From an uncultured Legionellales bacterium (GTDB lineage Bacteria; Pseudomonadota; Gammaproteobacteria; JAHCLG01): a stretch of 50,165 nucleotides of DNA. How positions within the stretch are numbered: the first letter of the stretch is position 1; every line of letters begins with the position of its first letter. The notes below the pieces were generated by a model that was given only the letters and a program-made list of their open reading frames with translations, was not told where the DNA came from and searched no databases. Shown here in pieces: positions 1-8,916 of this stretch. The position numbers and the translations under genes were made by a program. The stretch spans positions 1-50,165 of the forward strand of contig CAYGTS010000001.1 in assembly GCA_964352905.1 (NCBI GenBank), written 5' to 3'.

Positions 1-77
1 CGCAGTGTATGAGTTATACATGAGCATTTCGATAAAAGATTTTCGCCGTTTTTAAACCAAACGCCAGTCCTCTTGAT

Positions 78-121
78 AAGCGGGGATCAGCGTCTTCCCA
101 TCTACAGGGTAAATAGTTACA
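78..121. repeat. Copy 1 of a ~44-bp direct repeat (aagcggggatcagSgtcttcccatctacagggtRaa..gttaca)
   Basis: Aligned by eye with 426..467. There are 2 mismatches and a 2-nt indel. It lies in the noncoding region downstream of dut. Confidence 0.8.
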
Positions 122-224
122 TACAAATAAACATTATAATTAAGCATGCATAAAGCAGGTTTTAATTTTGTAATATAGCAAAGTAATTAAACAGCCAATA
201 GGGTAAAAAATACGGCTAATACGA

Positions 225-370
225 TTAGGCTTACGATAAACTTCGTCTTTTTGGCAGCAACTTTGTTGCAAATCTCTTTCGCATCCTCATTTATTTGCTT
301 ATAAACTGCGGTGCTCACTCGATTTGCGCCTCGCTGCTGCTCAAAAATACTGGTTTATCGTAAGTCCTAA
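225..370. repeat. Inverted repeat (ttagg-cttacgataaac / gtttatcgtaagtcctaa) enclosing about 111 nt
   Basis: A perfect 12-bp stem pairs 230..241 with 353..364. After a 1-nt bulge, a further 5 bp pair. Confidence 0.7.
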
Positions 371-400
371 CAATTTTGAAAATATACTAAGTAGTAGCTT

Positions 401-467
401 CCATCATTGCGAGCACGAAATGCGAAAGCGGGGATCAGGGTCTTCCCATCTACAGGGTGAAGTTACA
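401..467 (+). repeat. Hairpin-repeat unit variant (catcattgcgagcacgaaatgcgaaagc) fused to copy 2 of the 44-bp direct repeat
   Basis: The cattgcgag 5' flank is shared with units at 14169, 50031 and elsewhere. The tail at 426..467 matches 78..121. Confidence 0.7.
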
Positions 468-521
468 GTATTTTTACAGTAAGAAAACGAGATGGAAATG
501 ATCCCACGCAATAAGTATTGT

Positions 522-977
522 TTAATGCCGCCCGGAATGACCAAACCCACCTTCACCACGATCGCTTGCGGAAAACTCTGCAACCACAGCAAATTCGGCT
601 TGCACGATGGGAACGAATACTAATTGCGCAATGCGCTCACCTGGCTCAATGGTGTAATGATCGGGCGAGCGATTCCAGCAGGATACCATGAGTGGCCCTT
701 GATAATCGGAATCGATTAAACCAACTAAATTGCCTAAGACAATGCCTTTTTTATGGCCTAAACCCGAACGCGGTAAAATCACTGCGGCCAAATGCGGATC
801 GGCAATGTGGATGGCAAGCCCGGTGGGAATTAATTCGCTGCTGCCCGCAGCTAATTGTAATGGCGTATCAATGCAGGCACGTAAATCTAAACCCGCTGAA
901 CCCGTGGTGGCATAGCTGGGTAAAGGATACGCTGTGCCAATACGTTGATCTAAAATTTTTACTTGGATTTTTTGCAT
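522..977 (-). CDS. dut: dUTP diphosphatase (dUTPase)
   Basis: The 151-aa ORF carries the trimeric dUTPase motifs AGLDLRA, PRSGLG and [10 protein letters not shown], plus the C-terminal [11 protein letters not shown]. It lies directly downstream of coaBC, as in the enterobacterial dfp-dut arrangement. Confidence 0.95.
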   Translation of the reverse strand: MQKIQVKILDQRIGTAYPLPSYATTGSAGLDLRACIDTPLQLAAGSSELIPTGLAIHIADPHLAAVILPRSGLGHKKGIVLGNLVGLIDSDYQGPLMVSCWNRSPDHYTIEPGERIAQLVFVPIVQAEFAVVAEFSASDRGEGGFGHSGRH

Positions 978-978
978 G

Positions 979-2181
979 TTACGATCCTATCTTTAATGTG
1001 TTAGTAATAAATTCCATTAACAAGCGTGCTAGTTTAGTTTTGGGCATGCGCGGGAAAGATTGTTGTTGCTGCCCCCATAATACGGTGACAGCATTATCAT
1101 CGCTATTAAAGCCAATACTAAGATCGCTAATATCATTGGCAATAATCAAGTCCGCTTTTTTCTTGATTAATTTTGCCTGCGCTTTTGCGATTAAATCTTC
1201 TGATTGCGCAGCAAAACCAATGCAAAATGGTTTATTCGGTAATTGCGTAACACTGCTTAGAATATCAGGATTGGGTTTTAATTTTAAAATCAACTCTTGC
1301 TCACCGCTAGCAATTTTTGCCGCAGCAACATTTTCGCAATAATAATCAGCAATTGCTGCACTACTAATGAAAATATCGGCTTTGCTAATGTGATCGTGCA
1401 CGGCTTGATACATTTCTTTGGCCGTGGTGACATTAATGCGGTTAATACGATCTGATGCAGTTACATGGCAAGGCCCTGCAATTAAATCAACACTCGCGCC
1501 TAATTCATACGCCGCTTCGGCCATGGCAAATCCCATTTTGCCCGAACTTTTATTGGCAATATAGCGCACCGGATCGATGGCTTCATGGGTTGGACCTGCT
1601 GTGACTAACACCTGTTTGCCAGCTAATTTTTTTTGTGAAAAAAGGGTGACTATTTCATCAAAAATTTGGGTAGGCTCGATCATGCGACCAGGCCCCACAT
1701 CACCACACGCTTGTTGGCCAAAATCAGGACCAACCATTTTAAATTGGCGTGCTTTTAAGGTTTGTAAATTAGCTTGGGTCGCTGGCGCTTGCCACATTTT
1801 TTCATTCATTGCGGGTGCTATAATGACAGGCGCAAGGCTTGCTAAACACACGGTGCTGAGTAAATCATCGGCGCGCCCGCTGGCGAGTCTGCTTAACGTA
1901 TCCGCAGTTGCGGGTGCGATGATAATAGCATCGGCAAAGCGTGCTAATTCAATGTGGCCCATTGCTGCTTCTGCGGCTACATCGAATAAACTATCGCGTA
2001 CGGGATAGGAAGATAATGCTTGCATAGTCATTGGCGTAATAAATTCTTTGGCGCTTTCCGTCATCACCACTTGCACTTTAGCTCCTGCTTTGGTGAGTAA
2101 ACGCAATAATTCTGCACTTTTATAAGCTGCAATGCCGCCGCTAACACCAAGAATAATCTGTTTATTCCACAATTGTTTCAT
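979..2181 (-). CDS. coaBC: Bifunctional phosphopantothenoylcysteine decarboxylase / phosphopantothenate-cysteine ligase
   Basis: The 400-aa ORF has an N-terminal flavoprotein domain ([10 protein letters not shown]) and a C-terminal ligase domain ([16 protein letters not shown]). It shows dfp-dut synteny. Confidence 0.95.
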   Translation of the reverse strand: MKQLWNKQIILGVSGGIAAYKSAELLRLLTKAGAKVQVVMTESAKEFITPMTMQALSSYPVRDSLFDVAAEAAMGHIELARFADAIIIAPATADTLSRLASGRADDLLSTVCLASLAPVIIAPAMNEKMWQAPATQANLQTLKARQFKMVGPDFGQQACGDVGPGRMIEPTQIFDEIVTLFSQKKLAGKQVLVTAGPTHEAIDPVRYIANKSSGKMGFAMAEAAYELGASVDLIAGPCHVTASDRINRINVTTAKEMYQAVHDHISKADIFISSAAIADYYCENVAAAKIASGEQELILKLKPNPDILSSVTQLPNKPFCIGFAAQSEDLIAKAQAKLIKKKADLIIANDISDLSIGFNSDDNAVTVLWGQQQQSFPRMPKTKLARLLMEFITNTLKIGS

Positions 2182-2243
2182 TTAATTACCAATCTCGTTA
2201 TACTAGCCTTGCAGCTGTGGGACGCTGAATTGGAGTACATGCT

Positions 2244-2918
2244 ATGACGATTCGTCACTGGCCGCAAGCTGAACGCCCACGTGAAAAACTCATTTCTCAA
2301 GGCCCTGCCGCGTTATCTGATGCTGAATTATTAGCGATTTTGCTACGAACTGGTCACAAAGGCAAGACGGCCATTGATCTTAGTCGAGATCTTTTGGCTT
2401 ATGCTGGCGGTTTGCGCCAATTAATGCAAACTGATTTAGCCGCGTTAGCTAATTGCAAAGGCTTAGGCCAAGCTAAAGCCACTGTTATTGGTGCTGTGGC
2501 TGAAATCACACGCCGCTTGGCGAAACAAATGTTGCCACCTAAATTGATGCTATCTTCAAGCGATGCCACGAAGCAATTTTTACAGTTGCAACTGCGTGAT
2601 CATGATAAAGAAATTTTTGCGTGTTTATTTTTAGATACACGCAACCAATTAATCGCCTTTGAAAAATTATTTATTGGTACGTTAGAGCGCGCCGATGTAT
2701 ACCCACGCGAAATTGTAAAACAAGCGTTCAAGCACAATGCCAAGAAAATTATTTTTGCGCATAACCACCCTTCCGGTGATGCAACACCGAGTTCTGCCGA
2801 TATTGTTTTAACAAAAAAATTGAAACATACTTTAAGAGCATTAGAAATCTTAGTGATCGACCATATTATTGTTGGCCATGATCAATGTATTTCATTGCTG
2901 GAGTGCGGTATGTTATAA
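2244..2918 (+). CDS. radC: RadC/YicR-family JAMM-motif protein
   Basis: The 224-aa ORF has an N-terminal HhH-like region (LSDAELLAILLRTG) and the JAMM motif HNHPSGDATPSSAD. A GGAG sits 8 nt upstream of the ATG. Confidence 0.9.
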   Translation: MTIRHWPQAERPREKLISQGPAALSDAELLAILLRTGHKGKTAIDLSRDLLAYAGGLRQLMQTDLAALANCKGLGQAKATVIGAVAEITRRLAKQMLPPKLMLSSSDATKQFLQLQLRDHDKEIFACLFLDTRNQLIAFEKLFIGTLERADVYPREIVKQAFKHNAKKIIFAHNHPSGDATPSSADIVLTKKLKHTLRALEILVIDHIIVGHDQCISLLECGML

Positions 2919-2921
2919 CTC

Positions 2922-4427
2922 TTAAGGTAACGGTAGCGCAGCACCATTGATTGCTTTGCCATTAATGGTGATCTTACCTTGCTTGTAACTCGCATCAAGT
3001 TTGTATTGATCGCCATCTTTGACTAACCAACCTTGCGCAACTAAATTGGCTAATTTAGCTTGTGCTTGTTGGCTTGCTTGTTGCTGGGGATCTTGTGCCG
3101 CCGTGTTGGTTTGATCACCATTGCTATCACCAGTACTCGGCGAGCTAGGCGCCGCACTGCTTTGCGATGACTGGAGTTTTAAGTTAGCTAAAGCTTGTGT
3201 TGTTAGCATGGATTGCACAAGATTACCGGGCAATTGTAAGCTCACGTTGGCTGTAACAGATTTTTGCAATTGTTGTATTGCAGCTATCATATTTTTGGGC
3301 GGCTCTTTCATTTCAGGGAAGGTGATGTTGCCTTGCAGGCTCACCAAACCACTGGGTGTATTTAGCTTTAGATTATTCACACTGAAAGCTGCACCTTGCG
3401 CAATAATCTTAAAAGCACTTGGTATTAGCATCATCATTTCAGCATTTTTTTGCTGCAGCGATAAATCTTGATCATCGTTAATTTTATTCATGGCTTGTAG
3501 CAGCTGACTATACGCTTTCGCATCAAGCTTTTTAATATTAAAATCTAATTGCCCTGGGCCATAAGTTTGATTATTCACAATAACTTTAGCAACTGCAGCC
3601 TTAAAATTACCACTAAGTAAATTTGAAGAAATAGATTGCTCATTATTAACTTGCAAATTTTGGATGACCACATCATGATTATCAGCATGAATAGTAAAAT
3701 TAGGCAAATCAAAGGATGATGTGCCTGTCATGATATTTAATTTCTTATCCAGTTTGCCATCAAAGTTAGCAACCAAATTACCTGAACTTAAGTTAAAATC
3801 AGGGCCAGTGACTTGCAGCGGTAACACACTTAACGTACCTTGCAACTTGGTAAAACCAACCGTATACACCCCTTTGTGTTGCATACCTTGCCAATCAACA
3901 CTGTAATTATCTTTTTTAAATTTAATCGGGAAAATTTCAGAAAAACCATCAAATTTACCCGTTAATGTAATTAAGGTACTAGAATGAACAACCGGCAAAT
4001 CACCTAAATATTTTTTAACCACATCGGCAGTATTTTCGTCAAAAATGAGGCGGGTATAAACATAAGCGCGCCCAAGATCCCAGTGTACTTTGTTGTTGAA
4101 ATCACGTGAGATTAAAATTGGGCCATGTTGAACATGATCCCTAATGACCCAACGGGGTGTGGTCATGTTTCCTTGCGCATCTGTTTCATAAGCCAGTTTT
4201 TTGAATTGAGCTTGTTGATTTGCATTTTTAAATTTAATTTCTAAATCAGCCTCAGATGAAAACCACCCCATACGATAATTTTTAACCGCTACGGTGAAAG
4301 GCAAACCGGCTGGCAAATCTTTATAAAATTTTTCTAGACTTGATTTTGCTAATAATCCCATTCCATAAGGTAAGACCCCTAAGACGAGAATCAGTAAAAC
4401 GATAACTGTTGCGATTACCTTACGCAT
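2922..4427 (-). CDS. YdgA/DUF945-family membrane-anchored protein
   Basis: It has an N-terminal signal anchor (VIATVIVLLILVLGVL). Length and the C-terminal YKQGKITINGKAI resemble E. coli YdgA (YANGQITLNGQKM). I moved the start to the ATG at 4427, which has a GGAGG 8 nt upstream. The track start at 4442 is a TTG lying inside that SD region. Confidence 0.7.
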   Translation of the reverse strand: MRKVIATVIVLLILVLGVLPYGMGLLAKSSLEKFYKDLPAGLPFTVAVKNYRMGWFSSEADLEIKFKNANQQAQFKKLAYETDAQGNMTTPRWVIRDHVQHGPILISRDFNNKVHWDLGRAYVYTRLIFDENTADVVKKYLGDLPVVHSSTLITLTGKFDGFSEIFPIKFKKDNYSVDWQGMQHKGVYTVGFTKLQGTLSVLPLQVTGPDFNLSSGNLVANFDGKLDKKLNIMTGTSSFDLPNFTIHADNHDVVIQNLQVNNEQSISSNLLSGNFKAAVAKVIVNNQTYGPGQLDFNIKKLDAKAYSQLLQAMNKINDDQDLSLQQKNAEMMMLIPSAFKIIAQGAAFSVNNLKLNTPSGLVSLQGNITFPEMKEPPKNMIAAIQQLQKSVTANVSLQLPGNLVQSMLTTQALANLKLQSSQSSAAPSSPSTGDSNGDQTNTAAQDPQQQASQQAQAKLANLVAQGWLVKDGDQYKLDASYKQGKITINGKAINGAALPLP

Positions 4428-4666
4428 ATCACATGCCTCCAAAGTCGGTACTTAAAAATTGATTACGATACCGTAAACTATAATCGACAACTGAAGAGAA
4501 ATAAATGATAAATTCATTTTTTTCTGTAGCTGAGTGATATTCTGATGCTGTATATTTGCAATCGTTATTGCTGTGCGCATATTGCATGCTGAAAAGTGCC
4601 TTGAATAATAGCTATCAAATCTTGTATTGTTTGCTATTCGTAACTAAAAATTCTTAGGCTAAATAG

Positions 4667-6445
4667 ATGGCGAGCGGGCAACTTTTTGTTTTCATCATTC
4701 TTTTTTGTACCTTAATTTTATTTATTTGGGGGCGCTGGCGTTACGATGTGGTAGCATTCTTAGCTTTGATCGCCACAGTTTTAACCGGTGTTATTCCCTA
4801 TAGTGCCGCTTTTGTAGGTTTTAGTAATCCTGCCGTTGTCACGGTTGCCGAAGTGATGATTATTTCCAGCACACTAGCCAACTCAGGTGTGATTGTAAAA
4901 TTAGTAAAGTACCTTACCCGATTCACTAAAAACACGTTTTTGCATATTAGTTCTCTTTGTATTATTGCTGCTGTCTTATCGGCTTTTATGAATAACGTTG
5001 GCGCATTGGCATTGTTAATGCCGATTGCCATGCAAACTGCAAAATCCCACCAGCGTTCACCCGCATTATTACTCATGCCACTCGCGTTTTCTTCCATTTT
5101 AGGCGGATTGATCACCTTAATTGGTACACCACCCAATATTTTAATTTCTGCATTTCGCATGCAATATCTAGGGAAACCATATTCTATGTTTGATTTCGCG
5201 CCGGTTGGTTTAGCAGCCTGTATCGCCGGTGTAATCTTTATTGTTTTGATTGGCTGGCGTTTATTGCCCAGAGCGCGCATGACAATAAAAACCACCGAAG
5301 ATACGTTTAATTTTAGCGATTACATCACGGAAGTCCGAATTACAAAAGATTCTATTTTTACCAATGACACCCTTGAAAAATTTGAAAAATATTCTGAAGG
5401 TAATATCGTGGTACTCGGCATCATTCGCGAAGGCCGAAAGCGCCTACGCTTAAAACTCGATGAAATATTGCAAGAAAATGATATTTTAATTATTGAAACC
5501 TCTTCAATCGATCTAGAAAAACTATTGCAATCTACCAAACTCGAAATTGTGGGTAGTGAAAAAATTTCTACTGAAATGCTCAGCTCTGAACACGTTGAAG
5601 TTGCTGAAGTGGTGGTACCGCCAAATTCTTCATTAATCGGCCGTTCCGTGCAACGTTTACGTTTGCGCAGTTATTATGGCATAAACTTGCTTGCGCTTGC
5701 GCGTGAAGGATTACCGGTTAATCGACGCTTAAGTAATGTAGGTTTAAAAGCCGGCGATGTTTTATTATTACAAGGCCGCAGTGATAACTTAACAGAAAAT
5801 ATTAATGAATTAGGTTTTTTGCCACTGGCTGAACGCGGTTTGAAAATTGGCTTACCACGCACCGCTTATTTACCGTTAATTATTTTTATCCTAGCACTGA
5901 TTGTTGCCGCAAGAGGCATGCTGCCCGTTACAATTGCCTTTGGTGTGGCTATTTTAGCAATGATTTTGCTGAATATTTTACCGGTACGCCGCATTTTTGA
6001 AAGTATCGATTTTTCCGTGCTTGTATTATTGGGTGCTATGATTCCGGTTGGCAATGCCCTGCAAAGCAGCGGTGGTACCCAAACCATTGCTAATTTATTA
6101 TTGGCCATCTCCGATCATATGCCAGGTTGGTTCATTCTTGGCTTGGTATTAATTATCACCATGACCTTATCCGATATCATGAACAATGCCGCAACCGCCG
6201 TGGTCATGGCCCCAATTGCCGCAACTATTGCGCAAAGTTTACATTACAATGTTGATCCTTTTTTAATGGCGGTTGCCGTTGGTTCTTCGTGTGCCTTTTT
6301 AACACCGATTGGCCACCAAAATAATACCTTAGTCATGGGGCCAGGTGGCTATCGTTTTGGCGATTATTGGCGCATGGGTTTGCCACTTGAAATATTAATC
6401 ATTTTTGTTTCATTACCCATGATTGAGTGGGTGTGGCCGTTGTAA
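4667..6445 (+). CDS. SLC13/DASS-type permease with two central TrkA-C (RCK_C) domains
   Basis: The 592-aa ORF has multi-TM N- and C-terminal halves. They flank a soluble duplicated segment (ITEVRITKDS...ILIIETS and VEVAEVVVPPNS...VLLLQG), as in YfbS-like transporters. Confidence 0.8.
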   Translation: MASGQLFVFIILFCTLILFIWGRWRYDVVAFLALIATVLTGVIPYSAAFVGFSNPAVVTVAEVMIISSTLANSGVIVKLVKYLTRFTKNTFLHISSLCIIAAVLSAFMNNVGALALLMPIAMQTAKSHQRSPALLLMPLAFSSILGGLITLIGTPPNILISAFRMQYLGKPYSMFDFAPVGLAACIAGVIFIVLIGWRLLPRARMTIKTTEDTFNFSDYITEVRITKDSIFTNDTLEKFEKYSEGNIVVLGIIREGRKRLRLKLDEILQENDILIIETSSIDLEKLLQSTKLEIVGSEKISTEMLSSEHVEVAEVVVPPNSSLIGRSVQRLRLRSYYGINLLALAREGLPVNRRLSNVGLKAGDVLLLQGRSDNLTENINELGFLPLAERGLKIGLPRTAYLPLIIFILALIVAARGMLPVTIAFGVAILAMILLNILPVRRIFESIDFSVLVLLGAMIPVGNALQSSGGTQTIANLLLAISDHMPGWFILGLVLIITMTLSDIMNNAATAVVMAPIAATIAQSLHYNVDPFLMAVAVGSSCAFLTPIGHQNNTLVMGPGGYRFGDYWRMGLPLEILIIFVSLPMIEWVWPL

Positions 6446-6527
6446 ATTCATCCATTGATTTTTGAATAATGCTTGCCTATAATTTGCGCTGGTTACGATA
6501 ATTATAATTGATCTTATTGGAAAAATA

Positions 6528-7703
6528 ATGACAGATAAAGAATTTAGCAATTTGCTAACTGTTTTAATTAACAATCATACTAAACAAGAAAAAAAGCCAG
6601 CTCCTGGTAAAAATGTAACGCTTGGCGATACCCCTGAAAACCTTACGCAAGCCCAATATACTGCCTGGCTCAATTCACTTGGCTTAAAAGTTGAAAATTC
6701 AGAAAAAATAACTGCACTCGAACAAGAGGATCCTGATAAATTATTTTTAGCCTTTAAAAATTATTTAATTAACATCCCTAAAAAACGTCGCCGAGTGGCG
6801 CTAATTTTAGAATTGAAAAAATTACCCCATTGGAAGACACTAAAAACTCAGTTAGATAATGCAGAAGCTGCCGGAGCTGAAACACTACCAGCAGTGATTA
6901 CCAGTCAGTATGATGAAAATCATCCACTTCGCCCTTTGCTTGGTGAATTTTTTGCTCTTTACTTAGAGATAACCCCACCTGAAATACGCGAATTCCGCAG
7001 TTTACGCGCTGAAATTTCAAAAAAACCGACGCAACTAAGAAGAAATGAAATATCCGAATCTATTAACGCGTCTACTATGTCTGATGAACACAAAGCAGAG
7101 TTACGCAAAAAATTGGCAAGCACACCTTTGCCCGATGGGAAAAACCGCTCAAGTCAAACCAGATTAAAAGATGCTGCAAGAGAAAGACAAAAAAGGAAGG
7201 ATGCAACTGAGGTGCGGGGAAAAGCTAAAGCAGGTAAAGAATTAACAGAAGAAGAACAACAAATATTAGAACAGGATCAAAAAAGAAAGCATGATCTTAA
7301 CGCCTATAAAAAAAGGAATAGAACTGCAGCTGCCACAACGCTAAATTTACTGAAAAATGGAAAGGTAGATGCTCAAAAGTTACCTCAAGATAAACTTAAT
7401 CATGTTGTACAATTATTAGAAATAAGAGCTGCTGACAGAGTTGGGCACCAAAAAGCTTACAGACGAAAGCAAGTGCACAAGCAAAAACAACAGCACCAAC
7501 AACCAGCAAATTGTTCAGGCTCAGACGATAGTGATGCTGAGGTGGCGATAGAATCAGAACAAAAACGAAGAGCAGATAATAAACACAGTCCTGCAACAGC
7601 AGCTAGTACCGTTGGGTTTCATCGTAGAAGAAGAAGCAGTAGTGGCGATAGCGATGCTGGGAATTATAAGGTTCTAGGGAAACCACCTCGCAAGAGGGCC
7701 TAA
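6528..7703 (+). CDS. Hypothetical basic, low-complexity protein (candidate secreted effector)
   Basis: The 391-aa ORF has an ATG start. I recognised no family. The C-terminal half is K/R/Q-rich with KKRRR, RERQKRK, HRRRRSSSGDSD and a terminal PPRKRA. Confidence 0.6.
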   Translation: MTDKEFSNLLTVLINNHTKQEKKPAPGKNVTLGDTPENLTQAQYTAWLNSLGLKVENSEKITALEQEDPDKLFLAFKNYLINIPKKRRRVALILELKKLPHWKTLKTQLDNAEAAGAETLPAVITSQYDENHPLRPLLGEFFALYLEITPPEIREFRSLRAEISKKPTQLRRNEISESINASTMSDEHKAELRKKLASTPLPDGKNRSSQTRLKDAARERQKRKDATEVRGKAKAGKELTEEEQQILEQDQKRKHDLNAYKKRNRTAAATTLNLLKNGKVDAQKLPQDKLNHVVQLLEIRAADRVGHQKAYRRKQVHKQKQQHQQPANCSGSDDSDAEVAIESEQKRRADNKHSPATAASTVGFHRRRRSSSGDSDAGNYKVLGKPPRKRA

Positions 7704-7741
7704 TCACTATCGACATTACAACATAATAGGAAACGATACTC

Positions 7742-8731
7742 ATGCCACCAAAAACAAAAAAAACAAAAACTGAACAACATGAGCAAAGTGAAGCAGATCA
7801 AAAGAAAGAATTAGCGGCAAAAAATTTATATTTTTTAGCTAATCAATTACAAAAGAGACAAGCTGCACAAATCAGAAAATTGCAAGAAACAAACGCCGCA
7901 CTGCAAGCACAAGTTAACGCAAGTGAGGCAGAAAAAAAAGCGTTGCGGGAAAGACTCGATAGCCAATCCGGCGAGCTGCAAGACCAAGCTAGCAAAATTC
8001 AACCATTGCAAGCTGCATTAGCCACCACCAAAGCTTCACAGGCGCAGCAACTTGAGCAACTGCAGGCAAACACTACCACTATTAGTCAGCTTGAACAAAA
8101 GTTAAAACAACTTCAGGCTGAAAAAGACAAAAGCGATAAAGAAAAAGCCAGTTTGGAAACAAGGATTGAACGCTTAAACGCTCAGCAACTGCAAAAAATT
8201 AAGCAAACTGCTCAGTTAAAAACTAAATTAAAAGAAGCAACAACACAAAACTCTCAACAACAAAAAGACCAGAAAGCTCTTAAACAGCAGCTAAGCGCTC
8301 TTGAAGCAGAGCTAGAGCAAAGCACTGTAGAACTCACTCGTTTACAACAACAAATTTCTGAACAAACTTCCCTTAATGCCTCCCTAACTGAAACGAGCCA
8401 AACGCTTAGACAGAAGATGCAAACAGCAGGCCAGCTACAATTTAATAGAACAAAAGCATTAGAAGATCAAGTTGAAAAAGCCAAACTAGCGTTAACTACT
8501 CAATCAGCTGCAGCCCAAAAGGCTCAACACGAAAAAGATCAAAAAATTGCCGAACTTCAGCAACAACTGAAAACATTAATCGATCGGCGTGGTAGCCTTG
8601 AACGAAATTTAACGCAGAAACAGCAAAAAATTGATGAGCTAGAACAACAGCTAGCAGACCACTCTACTGTAGATTCAAATGTTGATGTGCCTATGTTTGG
8701 AAGCCCTAACCGGCTGTTTTCTCCTCGCTAG
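7742..8731 (+). CDS. Hypothetical Q/L/K-rich coiled-coil protein
   Basis: The 329-aa ORF starts 38 nt after the previous gene. Heptad-like composition runs almost throughout (LQ..L..LE..L). Confidence 0.65.
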   Translation: MPPKTKKTKTEQHEQSEADQKKELAAKNLYFLANQLQKRQAAQIRKLQETNAALQAQVNASEAEKKALRERLDSQSGELQDQASKIQPLQAALATTKASQAQQLEQLQANTTTISQLEQKLKQLQAEKDKSDKEKASLETRIERLNAQQLQKIKQTAQLKTKLKEATTQNSQQQKDQKALKQQLSALEAELEQSTVELTRLQQQISEQTSLNASLTETSQTLRQKMQTAGQLQFNRTKALEDQVEKAKLALTTQSAAAQKAQHEKDQKIAELQQQLKTLIDRRGSLERNLTQKQQKIDELEQQLADHSTVDSNVDVPMFGSPNRLFSPR

Positions 8732-8739
8732 TAGCTCTA

Positions 8740-8809
8740 GATCAAAGATCCTTTCCCTGGGTTGCGACGCATGTGTTCGCTCTTTGCGAACACATGCTCG
8801 CAACGACGG
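8740..8809 (-). repeat. Hairpin-repeat unit (flanks ccgtcgttgcgag ... gcaacccagggaaaggatctttgatc)
   Basis: It contains a ~19-bp near-perfect stem (gttgcgacgcatgtgttcgc / gcgaacacatgctcgcaac). The flanks match units at 14169..14220, 14250..14316 and 49899..49956. Confidence 0.8.
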
Positions 8810-8838
8810 ATAATCAGTCAGACACAATTGAAATGGAC

Positions 8839-8905
8839 GTAACTACTCACTCCGTAGCAGGGAACGTTCAGATTTGATAATTATAAAGCTAAAAGGGGTG
8901 AGCAG
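8839..8905 (+). repeat. Copy 1 of a 67-bp repeat (gtaactactcactccgtMgcagggaacgttcagatttgRtaa...aagctaaaggggYgagcag)
   Basis: By eye it is roughly 85% identical to 49340..49405. Both copies sit in convergent intergenic regions and end about 10 nt before the stop codon of a minus-strand gene. Confidence 0.85.
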
Positions 8906-8916
8906 ATACAAATGGA

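Noticed and set aside
187-318. 43-codon minus-strand ORF (GTG start) ending in a hydrophobic tail, FIVSLIVLAVFFTLLAV, which looks like a tail-anchored small protein
   Set aside because: It has no ATG, and I found no convincing SD. It is below the ORF-track threshold and sits inside an inverted repeat. This is not enough to call a gene, though ribosome profiling could revisit it.
404-592. 62-aa minus-strand ORF overlapping the 3' end of dut
   Set aside because: It overlaps the dut coding sequence out of frame and otherwise reads through the hairpin and direct-repeat element. It is most likely a repeat-derived artefact.
692-1342. 216-aa plus-strand ORF, plus the smaller ORF at 730..915
   Set aside because: It lies entirely antisense to the well-supported dut and coaBC genes. 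Its composition is low-complexity and Cys/Leu-rich, as expected of a shadow frame.
2916-2924. Convergent gene pairs with almost no spacer: radC / ydgA-like with 3 nt, and lhgO / GT-like gene at 18922..18933 with 10 nt
   Set aside because: The observation is real, but it leaves no room for a distinct feature. Any terminators must lie inside coding sequence, and I could not identify convincing ones.
1577-5295. Antisense ORFs at 1577..2008, 3121..3471, 3721..3906 and 4798..5295. The track also lists many 60-90-aa ORFs inside larger genes throughout the window.
   Set aside because: Each is nested in the opposite strand or an alternative frame of a longer ORF with clear family motifs. None shows independent coding evidence.
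8740-8809. Hairpin units as integron attC sites, given imperfect palindromes with conserved ends and variable centres
   Set aside because: The flank sequences do not fit the RYYYAAC / GTTRRRY core sites. The window has no intI integrase and no cassette-like promoterless ORF series.
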